From the NCBI GenBank assembly GCA_951406725.2, contig OX597815.1, positions 187,674,001-187,738,000 of the forward strand: a stretch of 64,000 nt of DNA, given 5' to 3'. Of this stretch, positions 63,681-64,000 are shown in pieces. A program made the position numbers and the translations under genes. This DNA is from Octopus vulgaris. Its lineage: Eukaryota. Within the stretch, counting starts at the first letter, position 1, and the number at the start of each line of letters is the position of its first letter. The notes under the pieces were generated by a model. The model did not search any database. It was given only the letters and a program-made list of their open reading frames with translations, and was not told where the DNA came from.

Positions 63681-64000
63681 TACTAAGCCATACACCCACA
63701 CGAATATACACACACACACATGTTATATGCATGTGCACACACTCATATAAGCATGCATGTTATACATTCACACATGTAGAACTATAGACAAGCATGTGAC
63801 ATACAAAAAGAAGGAATGGTTAATTTGGATTTTTGTTATCAGCACACAATTACAAAAAGCTTTGTCAATAAGTTTTGGAATGTATCCAGTTTATTAAAAA
63901 AGAATATTCTTTGCCACTAATCTTCATTTTTTCTTTAAGTTTGAAGGTAATTCTTGATTTGCCATTTTTAATAAATTTTCCTTTACAGCTTTGTGTGTGT

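Overview
AT-rich, repeat-saturated eukaryotic (metazoan) DNA. The SINE/MITE repertoire, the (TA)n/(TATG)n/(TAA)n microsatellites and the RTE/CR1/R4 LINE debris look like an octopus or other coleoid cephalopod genome (inferred from family resemblance, not searched). I found no convincing host protein-coding exon, so the window is probably intronic or intergenic. Almost all ORF-track entries are microsatellite or SINE read-throughs. Content: (i) at least four tRNA-derived or RTE-tailed SINE families in many copies, often nested or chimeric; (ii) non-autonomous DNA transposons of mariner (TA TSD), hAT (8-bp TSD) and piggyBac (TTAA) type; (iii) LINE 3' fragments (RTE, a triple-C2H2-finger RTE-like end, CR1, R4/Dong). 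Most interesting: (a) a dispersed set of short elements in or next to (TA)n, many fold-back, carrying hammerhead-ribozyme cores (CUGANGA...GAAA..UH, some with a palindromic helix III), i.e. Penelope/retrozyme-like non-autonomous elements; (b) a composite mariner element that captured about 490 bp of neighbouring DNA, giving a ~1 kb inverted duplication, plus a 19-bp templated insertion in the donor TIR; (c) two long near-perfect palindromes and several template-switch duplications. Coordinates were read by eye, so repeat boundaries are approximate (about ±10 bp unless a TSD/TIR is quoted).
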